DNA of 64,000 nt from an uncultured Verrucomicrobiae bacterium (lineage in GTDB: Bacteria; Verrucomicrobiota; Verrucomicrobiia; Palsa-1439), in the NCBI GenBank assembly GCA_963812605.1, contig CAWEWF010000004.1, forward strand, positions 128,001 through 192,000, given 5' to 3'. This document shows positions 18,390 through 29,236 of this stretch, piece by piece (the first letter of the stretch is position 1; each line of letters opens with the position of its first letter). Made by a program: the position numbers and the translations under genes. The notes under the pieces were generated by a model. That model was given only the letters and a program-made list of their open reading frames with translations. It ran no database searches and was not told the origin of the DNA.

Positions 18390-19460
18390 TTATTGAACGG
18401 TGGTATGCGAAGCCGAGACGACCGGTGCTGCCGACGCCGCTGCCGGAGCAGCTGCTGGCGCGGCCGGTGTGCTCGCGGCCGGCGTGGCTGCCGGAGCCGC
18501 CGTGGTTTGCTGTTGTTGCGGGATCACCAAACGCTGGCCATACTGGACCTTCTTCGGGTCGCTGATGCTGTTTGCCTTGAGGAGATCGTCGGTCTTGATC
18601 CCGTATTTCTTGGCGATGGTTGCGGGCGACTCGTTGAAGTCCACAATGTGGATCGTCTGGCCGTTCTCCTGGTACGTGCCCGGAGCCTGCCAGGCCGTTG
18701 ATGATGTCGGCGCAATGCCCGCGCTGACGGTGTTGGCCGTCATGTCCGTGGCCGCCTTGGCGGTTGCCGTCGGGAGATGCAGCTTCTGGCCGACCTTGAG
18801 TGAATCGCCGCTCAGGTTGTTGGCCTGTTTGATGGCCGCGACGCTGACATTCTGCAGCCGGGCGATTTTCCACAGTGAATCACCGGATTTGACCGTGTAG
18901 CTTCCGCCACCTGCATCCGATGCGACAGCAGCGGTCTCGGTCGCCGATATTGTCGGTGATGGCGTGCTTGCGTCGGACGGAGTCGGGACCACCGAGGCCG
19001 TCGCGATATTTGTCTTTTCGGCTTTCGCCAGGGCCGGGACCGTGAGTTTCTGGCCGACCTTGAGGGTGCTGGTCTTCGTCAGGTTGTTCGCGCGGGAGAG
19101 TTCCCCGACGCTGATATTCTCTGCTTTCGAGATCTTCCAGAGCGAATCACCTTTTTTAACGACGTAGCTGTGCGCTGACGCTGTCGAGGCTGGCGCTGTG
19201 ACCGACGCTGTCGAGGCCACCGTTTCGTTGCCCGCCACCGAATTCGGCGCGAGCGAGCCTGGCGCGCTCGGACCCGTTGGATTCGGCATTGATGCCGTTT
19301 GGTTATTGGTTGCGCCGGCCGGTCCGCTGTCCGACGGTTCGTTGGCCGCCATGTCTGGCGTGCTGGTTCGGGATCGTGAGCATCCCTCAAAGACGACGAT
19401 ACCCCCGATGACGAGGACGTGCAGGGCCACTACGATGAGGACGACTTTTGAGACTTTCAT
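18390..19460 (-). CDS. Membrane-anchored three-LysM protein
   Basis: N-terminal anchor; YVVKKGDSLWKIS, YTVKSGDSLWKIA and a third LysM; Ala/Ser/Thr linkers. Confidence 0.9.
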   Translation of the reverse strand: MKVSKVVLIVVALHVLVIGGIVVFEGCSRSRTSTPDMAANEPSDSGPAGATNNQTASMPNPTGPSAPGSLAPNSVAGNETVASTASVTAPASTASAHSYVVKKGDSLWKISKAENISVGELSRANNLTKTSTLKVGQKLTVPALAKAEKTNIATASVVPTPSDASTPSPTISATETAAVASDAGGGSYTVKSGDSLWKIARLQNVSVAAIKQANNLSGDSLKVGQKLHLPTATAKAATDMTANTVSAGIAPTSSTAWQAPGTYQENGQTIHIVDFNESPATIAKKYGIKTDDLLKANSISDPKKVQYGQRLVIPQQQQTTAAPAATPAASTPAAPAAAPAAASAAPVVSASHTTVQ

Positions 19461-19524
19461 TGGTTCCTTTCGTTACGTTGTGCTGGTTGCTAGCTTGCTG
19501 TTGGGCAAACCTTGTTCTTGTTTT

Positions 19525-20889
19525 TCACTGAATATTAAAGACATGCCGTTTGAATTCGTCCCCGCGATGTTCATAGTTTTCAAACATGTCGAAGCTGGCG
19601 CACGCCGGCGACAGCAACACCGTGTCACCGGGGAGGGTATGGCTGGCGGCAACACGCACCGCCTCCTCCATCGAGAACGCCCGTATGCACGGCACCACCT
19701 TGGACCAGGCGTGCCACATCTCGTTCTGTGCTTCACCGATCAACACCGCCAGCTTGACCTTTTCGTTGACCACTCGCTTCAAGGATGCAAAATCCAAACC
19801 CTTATCGCGCCCTCCCGCGATCAGGACCGAACGTCCCGGTAGCGAACGCAGCGCCTTCTCGACGGCGTCACCGTTGGTGGCCTTCGAATCGTTGATGAAG
19901 GATACTCCATCGACTTCCGTCACAAACTCGCAGCGGTGCGGTTGCGGGCAGTACGCGCAAATCGCTTCGCGCATTCGCGATACCGGCAATCCCACCGCCA
20001 GGCCGGTCGCGAGGGTCGCGAGCACGTTCTCCGCGTTATGCGCTCCCCGCAGGCTCGTCTCGCTCATCTTCATCAGAATGCCGTTGCACTCGGGCAGGCG
20101 AGACCAAATCGTGTCGTTGTCAGACGAGTCCAGCCAAACGTCCGCCGGGTGGTTGTAGGCGCTAAAAGTGATGGCCCGGGCCCGGATCGGCAGGCACATA
20201 TGTCGCAATTGCTTTAGCGCCTCAACGCTAATCACCGCCGTGTCTTCCGGTTGTTGGTTCAAAAGCACCAGGGCTTTCGCCGCGGCGTAGTCGTCCATCG
20301 ACTCGTAGCGGTCGAGATGGTCCGGCGTGATGTTCAACAGCACCGAGATATTCGCGCGGAACTGCTCGATCTTTTCGAGTTGGAACGAACTGACCTCGAG
20401 GACGAGCGCATCTAGCCCGGCGCTGGCTTCCACGGCGTCAGAAAATGCGTGGCCGATGTTCCCCGCCGCCACGGTGCGTTTACCGCAGCCAGTGAGTATC
20501 GTGGCGATCAATTCAGTCGTCGTCGTTTTGCCATTCGTGCCCGTGATCGCCACGATGGGGCAGAGGCAAAAGCGATACGCCAATTCCAATTCACTCAGCA
20601 TGGGCGTCTTTTGGGTGAGCACTTCGCGTACAATCGGCCTCTCGGGCGCGATGCCGGGACTGAGCACCGCGAGATCAAAGTGCTCCGAACGATCGTAGTG
20701 GTTGCCCAATTCGACGCGCACGCCGAGCTGGCGCAAGCGAATCGCCCGCTCCTGCAACAGGTCGTCTGTCGCGTCATCGCGCACCACCACGCGAGCCCCG
20801 TCGCGCTGCAGCAGGGACGCCGCCGCCATTCCACTCCGCCCCAACCCCAGCACCAACACGTCCTTGCCGCTTAATTTCATCGTCTGCAT
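19525..20889 (-). CDS. murD: MurD ligase
   Basis: GLGRSG, GTNGKTTT, SSFQL, NDSKATN, SPACASFDMF. Confidence 0.96.
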   Translation of the reverse strand: MQTMKLSGKDVLVLGLGRSGMAAASLLQRDGARVVVRDDATDDLLQERAIRLRQLGVRVELGNHYDRSEHFDLAVLSPGIAPERPIVREVLTQKTPMLSELELAYRFCLCPIVAITGTNGKTTTTELIATILTGCGKRTVAAGNIGHAFSDAVEASAGLDALVLEVSSFQLEKIEQFRANISVLLNITPDHLDRYESMDDYAAAKALVLLNQQPEDTAVISVEALKQLRHMCLPIRARAITFSAYNHPADVWLDSSDNDTIWSRLPECNGILMKMSETSLRGAHNAENVLATLATGLAVGLPVSRMREAICAYCPQPHRCEFVTEVDGVSFINDSKATNGDAVEKALRSLPGRSVLIAGGRDKGLDFASLKRVVNEKVKLAVLIGEAQNEMWHAWSKVVPCIRAFSMEEAVRVAASHTLPGDTVLLSPACASFDMFENYEHRGDEFKRHVFNIQ

Positions 20890-20896
20890 TATCCCA

Positions 20897-21994
20897 TTAC
20901 CTCAGTTTCAATGTCGCCAATCCCAGCAGCGCAAAGATCACGGACATCACCCAAAACCTTGTCGTCACTTTGGTCTCGGACCAACCGCGCAGTTCGAAAT
21001 GATGGTGCAACGGCGCCATCGCGAAAATCCGTTTGCCGCGCAGCTTGAAGCTTGCGACCTGCAGGATCACGGAAAACGCCTCCATCACGAAAATTCCGCC
21101 GACGATGATCAGCGCCGCTTCCTGTTTGATCATTACCGCAATTGCGCCGATCAATCCCCCAATGGCCAGTGAACCTGTATCGCCCATGAACACCTGGGCG
21201 GGATGGCAATTGAACCAGAGAAACCCCAGGCTCGCCCCAATCAGCGCCGCGCACACGACGGTCAGCTCGCCGGACCCGGGCACAAACGGTACCTGCAGGT
21301 AGTTGGCGAAGCGAAAGTTGCCGGCGACGAAGCACATCACCGCGTAGGCCAGCGCCACCGTCAGCGTGCAGCCCGTGGCCAAACCGTCCAGCCCGTCCGT
21401 CAGGTTCACCGCGTTCGAAGCGCCGACGATCACCACCACGACGACGAGCAGCGTCCACCACCCCATGTCGGCGATCAGCGGCCCTTTCATGAACGGCACC
21501 ACCAGCTTCCTGGCCATCGGCCCGAGATGTGGATCGGTCAGCAACAGGGTGCCGACGAACAGTCCCAGCCCGATCTGGAAAAGAAATTTCGTTTTGCCGC
21601 GTATGCCGGCCGACTTCTTCGACTGCACCTTGGCCCAATCGTCGAGGAACCCCACGCCGCCGAGCCAGATCAGGGTTGCCAGGCAGATCAAGACGAGTTG
21701 ATTGGTCGGACGCGCCCAAAGCAGAATCGAATCCACGACCGCCCAGATGATCAGGATGCCGCCCATGGTCGGGCAGGCCTTCTTGCCGTGAGCTACCGCC
21801 AATTCCCGCAGATCGTCCTCGCCACGAATCGGTTGTTGAAACTTCATTTCGACAAGACGGCGAATCAGCCACGGTCCCGACACGATACAGATGAGCATTG
21901 CCGTGATGGCCGCGAACACCGCGCGGAAGGTCGTGTATTGAAACACGCGCAGCGGCGAAAACAAATCCGTGTACTCGCTTAAATAGTAAAACAT
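20897..21994 (-). CDS. mraY: Phospho-N-acetylmuramoyl-pentapeptide transferase
   Basis: PTMGG, NAVNLTDGLDGL, FMGDTGS, APLHHHFE. Confidence 0.97.
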   Translation of the reverse strand: MFYYLSEYTDLFSPLRVFQYTTFRAVFAAITAMLICIVSGPWLIRRLVEMKFQQPIRGEDDLRELAVAHGKKACPTMGGILIIWAVVDSILLWARPTNQLVLICLATLIWLGGVGFLDDWAKVQSKKSAGIRGKTKFLFQIGLGLFVGTLLLTDPHLGPMARKLVVPFMKGPLIADMGWWTLLVVVVVIVGASNAVNLTDGLDGLATGCTLTVALAYAVMCFVAGNFRFANYLQVPFVPGSGELTVVCAALIGASLGFLWFNCHPAQVFMGDTGSLAIGGLIGAIAVMIKQEAALIIVGGIFVMEAFSVILQVASFKLRGKRIFAMAPLHHHFELRGWSETKVTTRFWVMSVIFALLGLATLKLR

Positions 21995-22073
21995 CCACTC
22001 CTCGGTCCTTCACTTCCTCGCAGCGGTGCCGCTGCGCCATCCAGCACAGCCCCCCAAACTCCCTTTGGGCGCT

Positions 22074-23486
22074 TCAGGGAAGCGCCGCTACATTACTCTT
22101 GAATTCCTCCAACATTCGTTCCAACTGCAATCGTCGGGAACCCTTGATTAAAACGAAATCCCCTTCGCGTGCCAGTCCCCGCAATGTCTCCCCGGCCTCT
22201 TCCGCCGTCGCCAGTGACAGGATCCGATGCACCTCCATGCCGGCGGCAACGGCCCCCTGCGCGATCGACCGGGCGGATTCGCCAATGGTCACAAGGAACG
22301 CCAGGCCGCAATCGGCCGCCATTGTGCCGATGTCGCGATGCGCGCCTTCCGTCCATTCACCCAACTCCAACATATCGCCCAGCACCGCGACTTTGCGGCC
22401 CGCGCACGGCGTCTCGCGCATCATCTCCAGCGCGGCTTTCATCGAGACCACGTTCGCGTTGTAGCAATCGTTCACAAACCGCACACCCCCGATCATGACC
22501 GGCTCCATGCGCATGCGCGGAAACTGTGCGCTCTCCAGGCCCAGGCAAATCTCGTCCAGGTCCATGCCCGCGAAATAGCCTACCGCAGCCGCCTGCAGGG
22601 CGTTGTAAATCTGATGGCGACCCAGCGTCTTGAGCCGAATGATCACGTCTTCGCGCTTCTTCGCGATGTTCAGGCGGAATTTAACATCGCCGTTGATTTT
22701 GATTTCACTGGCGCGGACATCCGCAAAATTCTCAATGCCAACCGTGACCACCGTCGCGTTCGTGCGGCTCCGCAGTTCCGCGCACCACGGGTCATCGGCA
22801 TTCAGCACCGCCAGGCCATCGCCGTTTCGCGGCAGGGCTTCCAGCAGAGAACCTTTCTCCTTTGCCACCCCGGATTCGTCCCCGAAGAACTCGACATGCC
22901 CGAGTCCGATGTTGGTAATCACGCCGATATCCGGCTTCACCATCCCGGTGAGGACGGCGATTTCACCCGGATGATTCGTGCCGAGTTCGAACACGCCGAA
23001 GTCGTGGGCGGGATCCAGTCGCAACAGGTTGAGCGGCACGCCAATGTGGTTGTTGTTATTCCCCGACGATTCCACCACGTTGAACCGCTCGCCGAGCACC
23101 GCGGCGATGAGTTCTTTCGTGGTCGTTTTCCCGCTCGAGCCGGTGACGGCGACGAGGCGGGTCGTTGGAGGCATCAGTCGGCGGTAGTTCGTTGCGAGTT
23201 TGTGCAATGCGGTGAGGGTGTCTTGCACTTGGAGAAGCGACAAGGCACTAGGCGAGTTCATTGCACGGGTAGGATTCGAGACTACCGCCGCTGATGCCCC
23301 CAATCGGGCCACATCCGGGATAAATTCATGTCCGTCAAAATGCGGGCCGCGCAGCGCGACAAAGCAGTCGCCCCGGCCCAACGCGCGTGAGTCGATGCTG
23401 ATCCGCTCGACGATCCGTTCGGGTTCGCCGCGAATCAGCCGCGCTTCACAAAGTTCTGCCAACTGTTCTAAACGCAAGGTTTCCAC
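22074..23486 (-). CDS. murF: MurF ligase
   Basis: DSR, TGSSGKTTTK, DCYNAN, GDMLELG, KGSR. Confidence 0.95.
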   Translation of the reverse strand: METLRLEQLAELCEARLIRGEPERIVERISIDSRALGRGDCFVALRGPHFDGHEFIPDVARLGASAAVVSNPTRAMNSPSALSLLQVQDTLTALHKLATNYRRLMPPTTRLVAVTGSSGKTTTKELIAAVLGERFNVVESSGNNNNHIGVPLNLLRLDPAHDFGVFELGTNHPGEIAVLTGMVKPDIGVITNIGLGHVEFFGDESGVAKEKGSLLEALPRNGDGLAVLNADDPWCAELRSRTNATVVTVGIENFADVRASEIKINGDVKFRLNIAKKREDVIIRLKTLGRHQIYNALQAAAVGYFAGMDLDEICLGLESAQFPRMRMEPVMIGGVRFVNDCYNANVVSMKAALEMMRETPCAGRKVAVLGDMLELGEWTEGAHRDIGTMAADCGLAFLVTIGESARSIAQGAVAAGMEVHRILSLATAEEAGETLRGLAREGDFVLIKGSRRLQLERMLEEFKSNVAALP

Positions 23487-24963
23487 CGTGTTCCACTCAG
23501 GTTGGAGTATTGTTCCACGACGAGACGGTCATTGAACGGCACGACCGTGTCCGCAAATTCCTGGTACGCCTCATGACCCTTGCCCGCGATGAGCACCGTG
23601 TCGCCGGGCCGCGCGATGTCCAGCGCCCGCTCAATGGCCTCGCGCCGGTCTTCGATGACCTGGTAACGACGCACCGTGCTGGCCCAGAATCCCTCCTCGA
23701 TTTGCCGCAGAATCTCGCGGGGATCCTCCGTGCGCGGATTGTCGCTCGTAAGAATCGAAAAGTCCGCCAGGTCGGCGGCGGCTTCTCCCATCGACTTGCG
23801 CTTGCCCTTGTCGCGGTCTCCCCCGCAGCCGAACACCACGATCAGCCGCCCGCGTGTCAACTCACTCAGGGTGACGAGGACATTGCGCAACGCGTCCGCC
23901 GTGTGGGCGTAGTCGACAAAAACACCGTAGCCTTCCCGGCTGTCGATCCTCTCGACCCGGCCGGTACCGGCCGAAATCTGGCCAGGGCCCGTTCGATCGT
24001 CTGAAGATCGATACCGAGCGCCAGGCTCGCACTGATGGCTGCCAGCGCGTTGGACACATTGTAGCGCCCAATCAGCGGAAGTGACATCGGGATACTGCCC
24101 TCGGGCGTGTGGACGACGAAGTAACTTCCCTCCGCCGACACGCGCACGTCCTCGGCGCGAACGATGGCCGCGCTTGAAACGCCGTAGCTGACTACGGCGT
24201 GGTCCCCACCCAAGCGCTTGATCAATTCACGACCGTATGCGTTATCCGCATTCACAACCGCGCGGCCCGCCTTTCGGACAGTGCCCAACGCGCTGAACAG
24301 CTTAACTTTTGCCTCAAAATACTTCTTCATCGTGCCGTGGTAATCGAGGTGGTCCTGCGAAAGATTGGTGAACATGGCCACGTCAAAGTCCACTTCCGCC
24401 ACGCGCGATTGATCGAGCGCATGCGAGCTGACTTCCATCGACACGCCGCCGCAGCCCGCCAACAACATCTGGCTCATCATTTCCTGGATCTCAACCGACT
24501 CCGGGGTCGTGCGCGACGCGGGAATCACCCGCTGTCCGATCTGGTACTGCACCGTTCCCAGCAGTCCGCAGGGAAAACCGGCCGCTTCCATGATCGCGCG
24601 CACCATGAAGGCCGTCGTGGTTTTGCCATTCGTGCCCGTGATGCCCACCACCTTCAAGCTTTGCGACGGATGATTATAAAACTGCGCCGAAGCCTGCGCC
24701 ATTGACCGACGCGCGTCGCGAACCTTGATGCGGGTGGCTCGTTGACGAAAGCTGGCGTCGTTCTCCAGCACCACCGCCAGGGCGCCGCGGTCAATCGCGG
24801 CGTCCACGAAGCGGTGTCCATCCGTCCGTTCCCCGCGAACCGCCACAAACAAATTGCCGGGCATGACCCGCCGCGAATCACACGTGATACCGGTGATTTC
24901 GCGGTCCAGCGTGCCCTCGACGGCCAGCGGCTTTACAGTTTTTACGATTTCGGCCAGGTTCAT
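23468..24963 (-). CDS. murE: MurE ligase (frameshifted near 23900-23960)
   Basis: GTNGKTT, TTPES, EVSSH; C-terminal fragment FGCGGDRD, DNPR (meso-DAP specificity motif), AGKGHE. Confidence 0.93.
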
Positions 24964-26687
24964 GACAGTTTTGCGACCTCGGCTTGTGGAGTTTGCGGCG
25001 TTTGTGGTTCGATTCCCAAATACTCGGCGACTTTTTCCGCCACGTCGCGGAAGACAGGTCCGGCAACGGATCCGCCGTAGAACGCGCCACCGGACGGATC
25101 ATCCAGGGACACTAAAATTGATATCTGCGGGTCCGCCGCCGGGAAATAGCCGATAAATGACGAATAATACTTGCGGACATATTGGCCGTTCTCGACCTTC
25201 TGCGCCGTGCCCGTCTTGCCGGCAACGTCGAAACCCGGCAGACCAGCCTTCGGGGCGGTTCCGTCCGGGCCGACCACCTTGCGCAACGCCGTCGTCATCA
25301 ACATGCACGTGCGCGGTGAAATAACCGGGCCCACTTGCTGCGGTTCATACTGGAGAATCGGGGTCCCGTCCTGGTCCATGATGCTCTTGACGATCATCGG
25401 CTTCATGCGCACGCCGTTGTTGGCGATGGTGTTCATCGCCATCAACATTTGCAGGGACGTAACGGCTATCTCGTGGCCCATCGGGATGCGTGTGATTGAA
25501 AGACTGTTCCAACGGGCCAGCGGATGCGCGATGCCGGACACTTCCCCGGGCAGTGCGATGTCCGTCTTGTGGCCGAAGCCGAAACGCCGGATGTACTCGG
25601 CGAGTCGCGCCGGTCCCATGCGCAGCCCCACCTTCGCGGCGCCGATATTGCTGGAATGGAACAGGATTCCCTCGACGTCCAGGACTCCGTACGGATGCGC
25701 ATCATGCAAAATACGGCCGGCATACATGAACGCCCCGTTCTCACAGTCAAACTGATCGGTGAGACTGACAATGCCTTCATTGAGCGCGCCGGAACAAACG
25801 ACGATCTTGAAGGTCGAGCCCGGCTCGGCCACGTCGCTGATGCAGCGATTACGGCGGGCGTCGGCCGATCCAGCGTCCATGTCGGTCGGGTCGAACGTGG
25901 GTCGCGAACTCATCGCGAGGATTTCGCCGGTCTTCGGGCGCGAGATAATGATCACTCCCGCCTGCGGCTTGAACTCGACCATGGCCTTGTCCAGCTCCTG
26001 TTCGGCCACGTGCTGGATCACCTGGTCAATCGTCAGGACAACATTGAAACCGTCACGCGGCCCCAGTTCCTCGTTGCGCAGCGCCCGAATCTCGTGCCCT
26101 TTGCGGTCGCGCTCGATGATCTCATACCCTGCCTGCCCCTCCAGGTAATCGTCCATGGACGCTTCGATGCCCTGGACTCCCTTGTACTCGGAGTTAACAA
26201 AACCAATGACGTGGCTGGCCAGGGGGCCGTTGGGATACGAGCGGACGAATTGGTCCTCGAAGGAAATGCCCTTCAACTTCATGGCGCGGATCTTCTGGAC
26301 GGTGTCTTCGTCGAGTTTCGCGCGCGGGTTCAGGCGGACGTAATGCGACTGGCTGCTGAGTTTTTCGGTCAACGATTCCGCGTCCGTCTTCAACAAGGGC
26401 GCCAGCTTTTCCGCAATCGAAGCGGCCTGGGGCGCGGTGATCGTTGCATCCGCGGTGACGATGCGCACGGATAGACTGTTGGCGAGCAGATTGCCATTCG
26501 CATCCAGGATCGCGCCACGGCGACCTTGCTGGTGGACAACCTGCTCGCGATTTGCCTGGGCCAAAGCGCTGAGTTCCCGGTGCTGCAGGATGTGCAAATC
26601 AAAAAGACGAAAGCCCAGCGCCAGGAAAACAGACGCCAATGCGCCAATCACGATCAACGCCCGGCCTTTTTGTGGCGCCAGGATCAT
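24960..26687 (-). CDS. ftsI: Class B penicillin-binding protein (FtsI)
   Basis: RGAILD, RSYP, EPGSTFK (SxxK), SSN, KTGT; start MILAPQK. Confidence 0.93.
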   Translation of the reverse strand: MILAPQKGRALIVIGALASVFLALGFRLFDLHILQHRELSALAQANREQVVHQQGRRGAILDANGNLLANSLSVRIVTADATITAPQAASIAEKLAPLLKTDAESLTEKLSSQSHYVRLNPRAKLDEDTVQKIRAMKLKGISFEDQFVRSYPNGPLASHVIGFVNSEYKGVQGIEASMDDYLEGQAGYEIIERDRKGHEIRALRNEELGPRDGFNVVLTIDQVIQHVAEQELDKAMVEFKPQAGVIIISRPKTGEILAMSSRPTFDPTDMDAGSADARRNRCISDVAEPGSTFKIVVCSGALNEGIVSLTDQFDCENGAFMYAGRILHDAHPYGVLDVEGILFHSSNIGAAKVGLRMGPARLAEYIRRFGFGHKTDIALPGEVSGIAHPLARWNSLSITRIPMGHEIAVTSLQMLMAMNTIANNGVRMKPMIVKSIMDQDGTPILQYEPQQVGPVISPRTCMLMTTALRKVVGPDGTAPKAGLPGFDVAGKTGTAQKVENGQYVRKYYSSFIGYFPAADPQISILVSLDDPSGGAFYGGSVAGPVFRDVAEKVAEYLGIEPQTPQTPQAEVAKLS

Positions 26688-27068
26688 CGCTTCACCAGCG
26701 TTTTCGGTTGGACGTTGGGTGGCAGGCGGCGCGTTCGCCATTTGCATGTCCCACTCCGGGCCCGGTTCATAGAGACGCACAACCTGGCCCTCTTTCGGCG
26801 CGACCAGGCTCAGGTTGTACTGCTGGCACTCCGCTTCCAGTTGCGCGGGTGACTCCAAATGCGCCATTTGCGCGGCCAACATCATGTTGCGCTTCTGCGC
26901 CGAGGACAGGGCCGCTTCACGCTTCTTGATCTCGTCGCCCTGGCGATAGATCGCGTTCTTCTGCCAGACGTAACCCAAACCGCTCATGGCGATGCAAATG
27001 CATGCCACCAGTGATTTGGTCACCGTTCCGAACCTCAATTGCTCACGTTTGCGATTTCGCTTCATCAC
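26684..27068 (-). CDS. ftsL: FtsL-like protein (apparently read into ftsI through an indel)
   Basis: Short basic N-terminus, TM, coiled coil; alternative frame ends PKTLVKR-TGA overlapping the ftsI ATG. Confidence 0.65.
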
Positions 27069-27078
27069 TCAAATTGTC

Positions 27079-27110
27079 CAGGGGGTCGGCCTCCTTGAAC
27101 CGACCCCCTG
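27079..27110. other. Strong intergenic hairpin between rsmH and ftsL
   Basis: CAGGGGGTCGG / CCGACCCCCTG perfect 11-bp stem. Confidence 0.7.
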
Positions 27111-27150
27111 CGGGGTTCCCCACCCCCTCGAACATTGTTGCTTTCCAGCT

Positions 27151-28099
27151 TCAAATTTTCTCCGCCACTCGCAGCTTCGCGCTGCGCGCCCGCGGGTTGT
27201 TGCGCACTTCCACCTCGTCGGCGATGACGGGTTTCCGCGTCACGATCCGCAAAACTTCTTTCCGGCCGCACGCGCACGCTGGTAGATCCGTCGGGCAGGT
27301 GCAACCGGTGCTTTTCTCGACAAAAAATTGTTTCACGATGCGGTCTTCCAGGGAATGGAAGGAGATGACGGCGATCCGCGCGCCCGATTTCAGAAACTGC
27401 GTGGCGCTCTCCAGGCCCCGCTTGAGATTGCCCAGTTCGTCATTCACCGCGATGCGCAGCGCCTGGAAAACCCGCGTGGCCGGATGGATTCCCCCGCGCT
27501 TTGGCCCGAGAACGCTCTCCACCAAGCGGGCGAGCTGGGTCGTGGTTTCCAGCGGCGTATCCTCGCGCTCGGCGATAATTTTGCGGGCAATCGCGCGCGC
27601 ACGCTTCTCTTCACCGTACACGCGGAAGATCCGGGCCAGTTCATCAAGGCCGGCGCGTGCGGAGGATGTCCCGGGCGGTGACGGCAGATTCGCCGTGGGA
27701 TTCGCGGGGTTGGCGGCTCATGCGCATATCGAGCGGGCCTTCCCGCTGAAAGCTGAAGCCCCGCCCGGGCTCGTCAAATTGACGGGAACTCACTCCGAGG
27801 TCGAATACGACCCCATCCACCGCTGTCACTCTCAGACTCATCAGCACTTTCTCCAACTCCACGTAGTTGGCGCGCACCAATTGAACGCGCGCCCCAAATT
27901 CACCCAACCGCTCGCGGCTCGCCGCGATTGCCTCCTCGTCCCAGTCCAGCCCGATCAACTGGCCCTCCGGCCCGCACGCGCGCAAAATCTCCCGCGCATG
28001 CCCGCCGCCGCCGACAGTACAATCCACGTACAATCCGCCGCGGCGCGGCTGCAACTGGTTTACGACCTCCTTGATTAGGACAGGGGTGTGATAGGTCAT
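27151..28099 (-). CDS. rsmH: 16S rRNA m4C1402 methyltransferase (frameshift near 27650)
   Basis: [26 protein letters not shown]; [26 protein letters not shown]. Confidence 0.95.
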
Positions 28100-28620
28100 G
28101 TGGAAGCCCGGATCGGTAGGAAATCAACGTCTTACGTACGCCGATCCTTGCCTCCTCTGACACACCTCCCCAACCCACTCACGGGAGCCTTCACTCCCGC
28201 CGCCATCGCCTCACGTGACCGCAACAGCCTTGCGAGTCCCCGCTCACAAGCGCGCGGCACGATGACTGCCCAACATTCGTCCGACCAAATGCCCAAATCC
28301 AACACGCGACCACGGGCTGCCGTTGGGACGCTCCCGTTTCACGTTTTCCACGGTGTAACTTGCGGAAATATCAATCACGTCGGTGGCCATCTCCGGCAAA
28401 CAGCCGCAGCCCCCCTCGATAATGACTGCGCCTCGCGCTACGGGGCGTGAGGCAGTCCGCGGTACTCCGTTGCCACCCGGCGAACTGACGATTCTGCCGT
28501 CCAACTTCGGAAAGGGATTCATCCGCGGCAATCGAAACTGCCGCATTTCGCCGCCCAGATTGGTCAGGCTGCGGTTCAAACTCAAAAAACCCATGATGCC
28601 ATCTCGACTCATTTCAGATC

Positions 28621-29073
28621 TCACAATCCCACCTGTTTGGCGGCTTCCGAAAATTTCTGCATCGCGTTGCGGTCAACCTTGGCCCAGCGGGCCGGCGACC
28701 AAATCTCAAAACGGTTGAGTGTCCCCACCAGCACCGCCTCTTTATCGAAGCCGGCGTGCCTTTTAAGCTCCTCGGTCAGGGCAATGCGCCCCTGCGAGTC
28801 GCAGGCCGAACCATGTGCCCGCGAGGCGATAACGCGGACCACATCGCGTCGCTTGTATTCCCCAATCGAAATGTCGTCGGCGCGCTCCAGCATCTTTTCC
28901 ATCGCCGATGCCGGCATCACCACCAGACAATTCTTTGGGTCGGGCAACACGTAAAACTCCTGCGAGCCTTTCACGGCGGCTCGCCATTTTGCCGGGATCG
29001 CTACACGCTTCTTTTCATCAACCGAGTGCCGAAACGTGCCAACGAACACCGTCCTTGTTAATGCCTTGACCAT
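28621..29073 (-). CDS. mraZ: Transcriptional repressor MraZ
   Basis: DEKKRVAIP and DSQGRIAL repeats, FEIW; GGAGG RBS; heads the dcw cluster. Confidence 0.93.
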   Translation of the reverse strand: MVKALTRTVFVGTFRHSVDEKKRVAIPAKWRAAVKGSQEFYVLPDPKNCLVVMPASAMEKMLERADDISIGEYKRRDVVRVIASRAHGSACDSQGRIALTEELKRHAGFDKEAVLVGTLNRFEIWSPARWAKVDRNAMQKFSEAAKQVGL

Positions 29074-29097
29074 TGGATCGTGATTCCTCCTTGAAAA

Positions 29098-29182
29098 TCA
29101 CCATCCCCACTCTCCATCACCCTTGCCACTACAAATCCCCTTTGCTCCCCACTTTGTGACACACCCCCCCCTAAAGTGTCAA
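29098..29182 (-). promoter_or_regulatory. dcw promoter region with putative MraZ-binding GTGG(GG) repeats
   Basis: Minus strand TTGACA (29177-29182) followed by repeated GTGGGG/GGGG/GTGG units; -10 box unclear. Confidence 0.6.
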
Positions 29183-29236
29183 CACCTTTCCCGAAAATAT
29201 TTGGAAAAATCTTTGCGGAGATTCCGACGCGGCTTT

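Noticed and set aside
18400-18500. GCC/GCT-rich repeats
   Set aside because: Encode the Ala/Pro linker of the LysM protein
24960-27068. 702-aa FtsL-FtsI fusion in the ORF track
   Set aside because: An alternative frame ends ftsL with a TGA overlapping the ftsI ATG (ATGA), the fused topology would be contradictory, and indels are common in this sequence
28100-28620. RNase P, tmRNA or SRP RNA in the mraZ-rsmH gap
   Set aside because: Their conserved signature sequences were not seen on either strand
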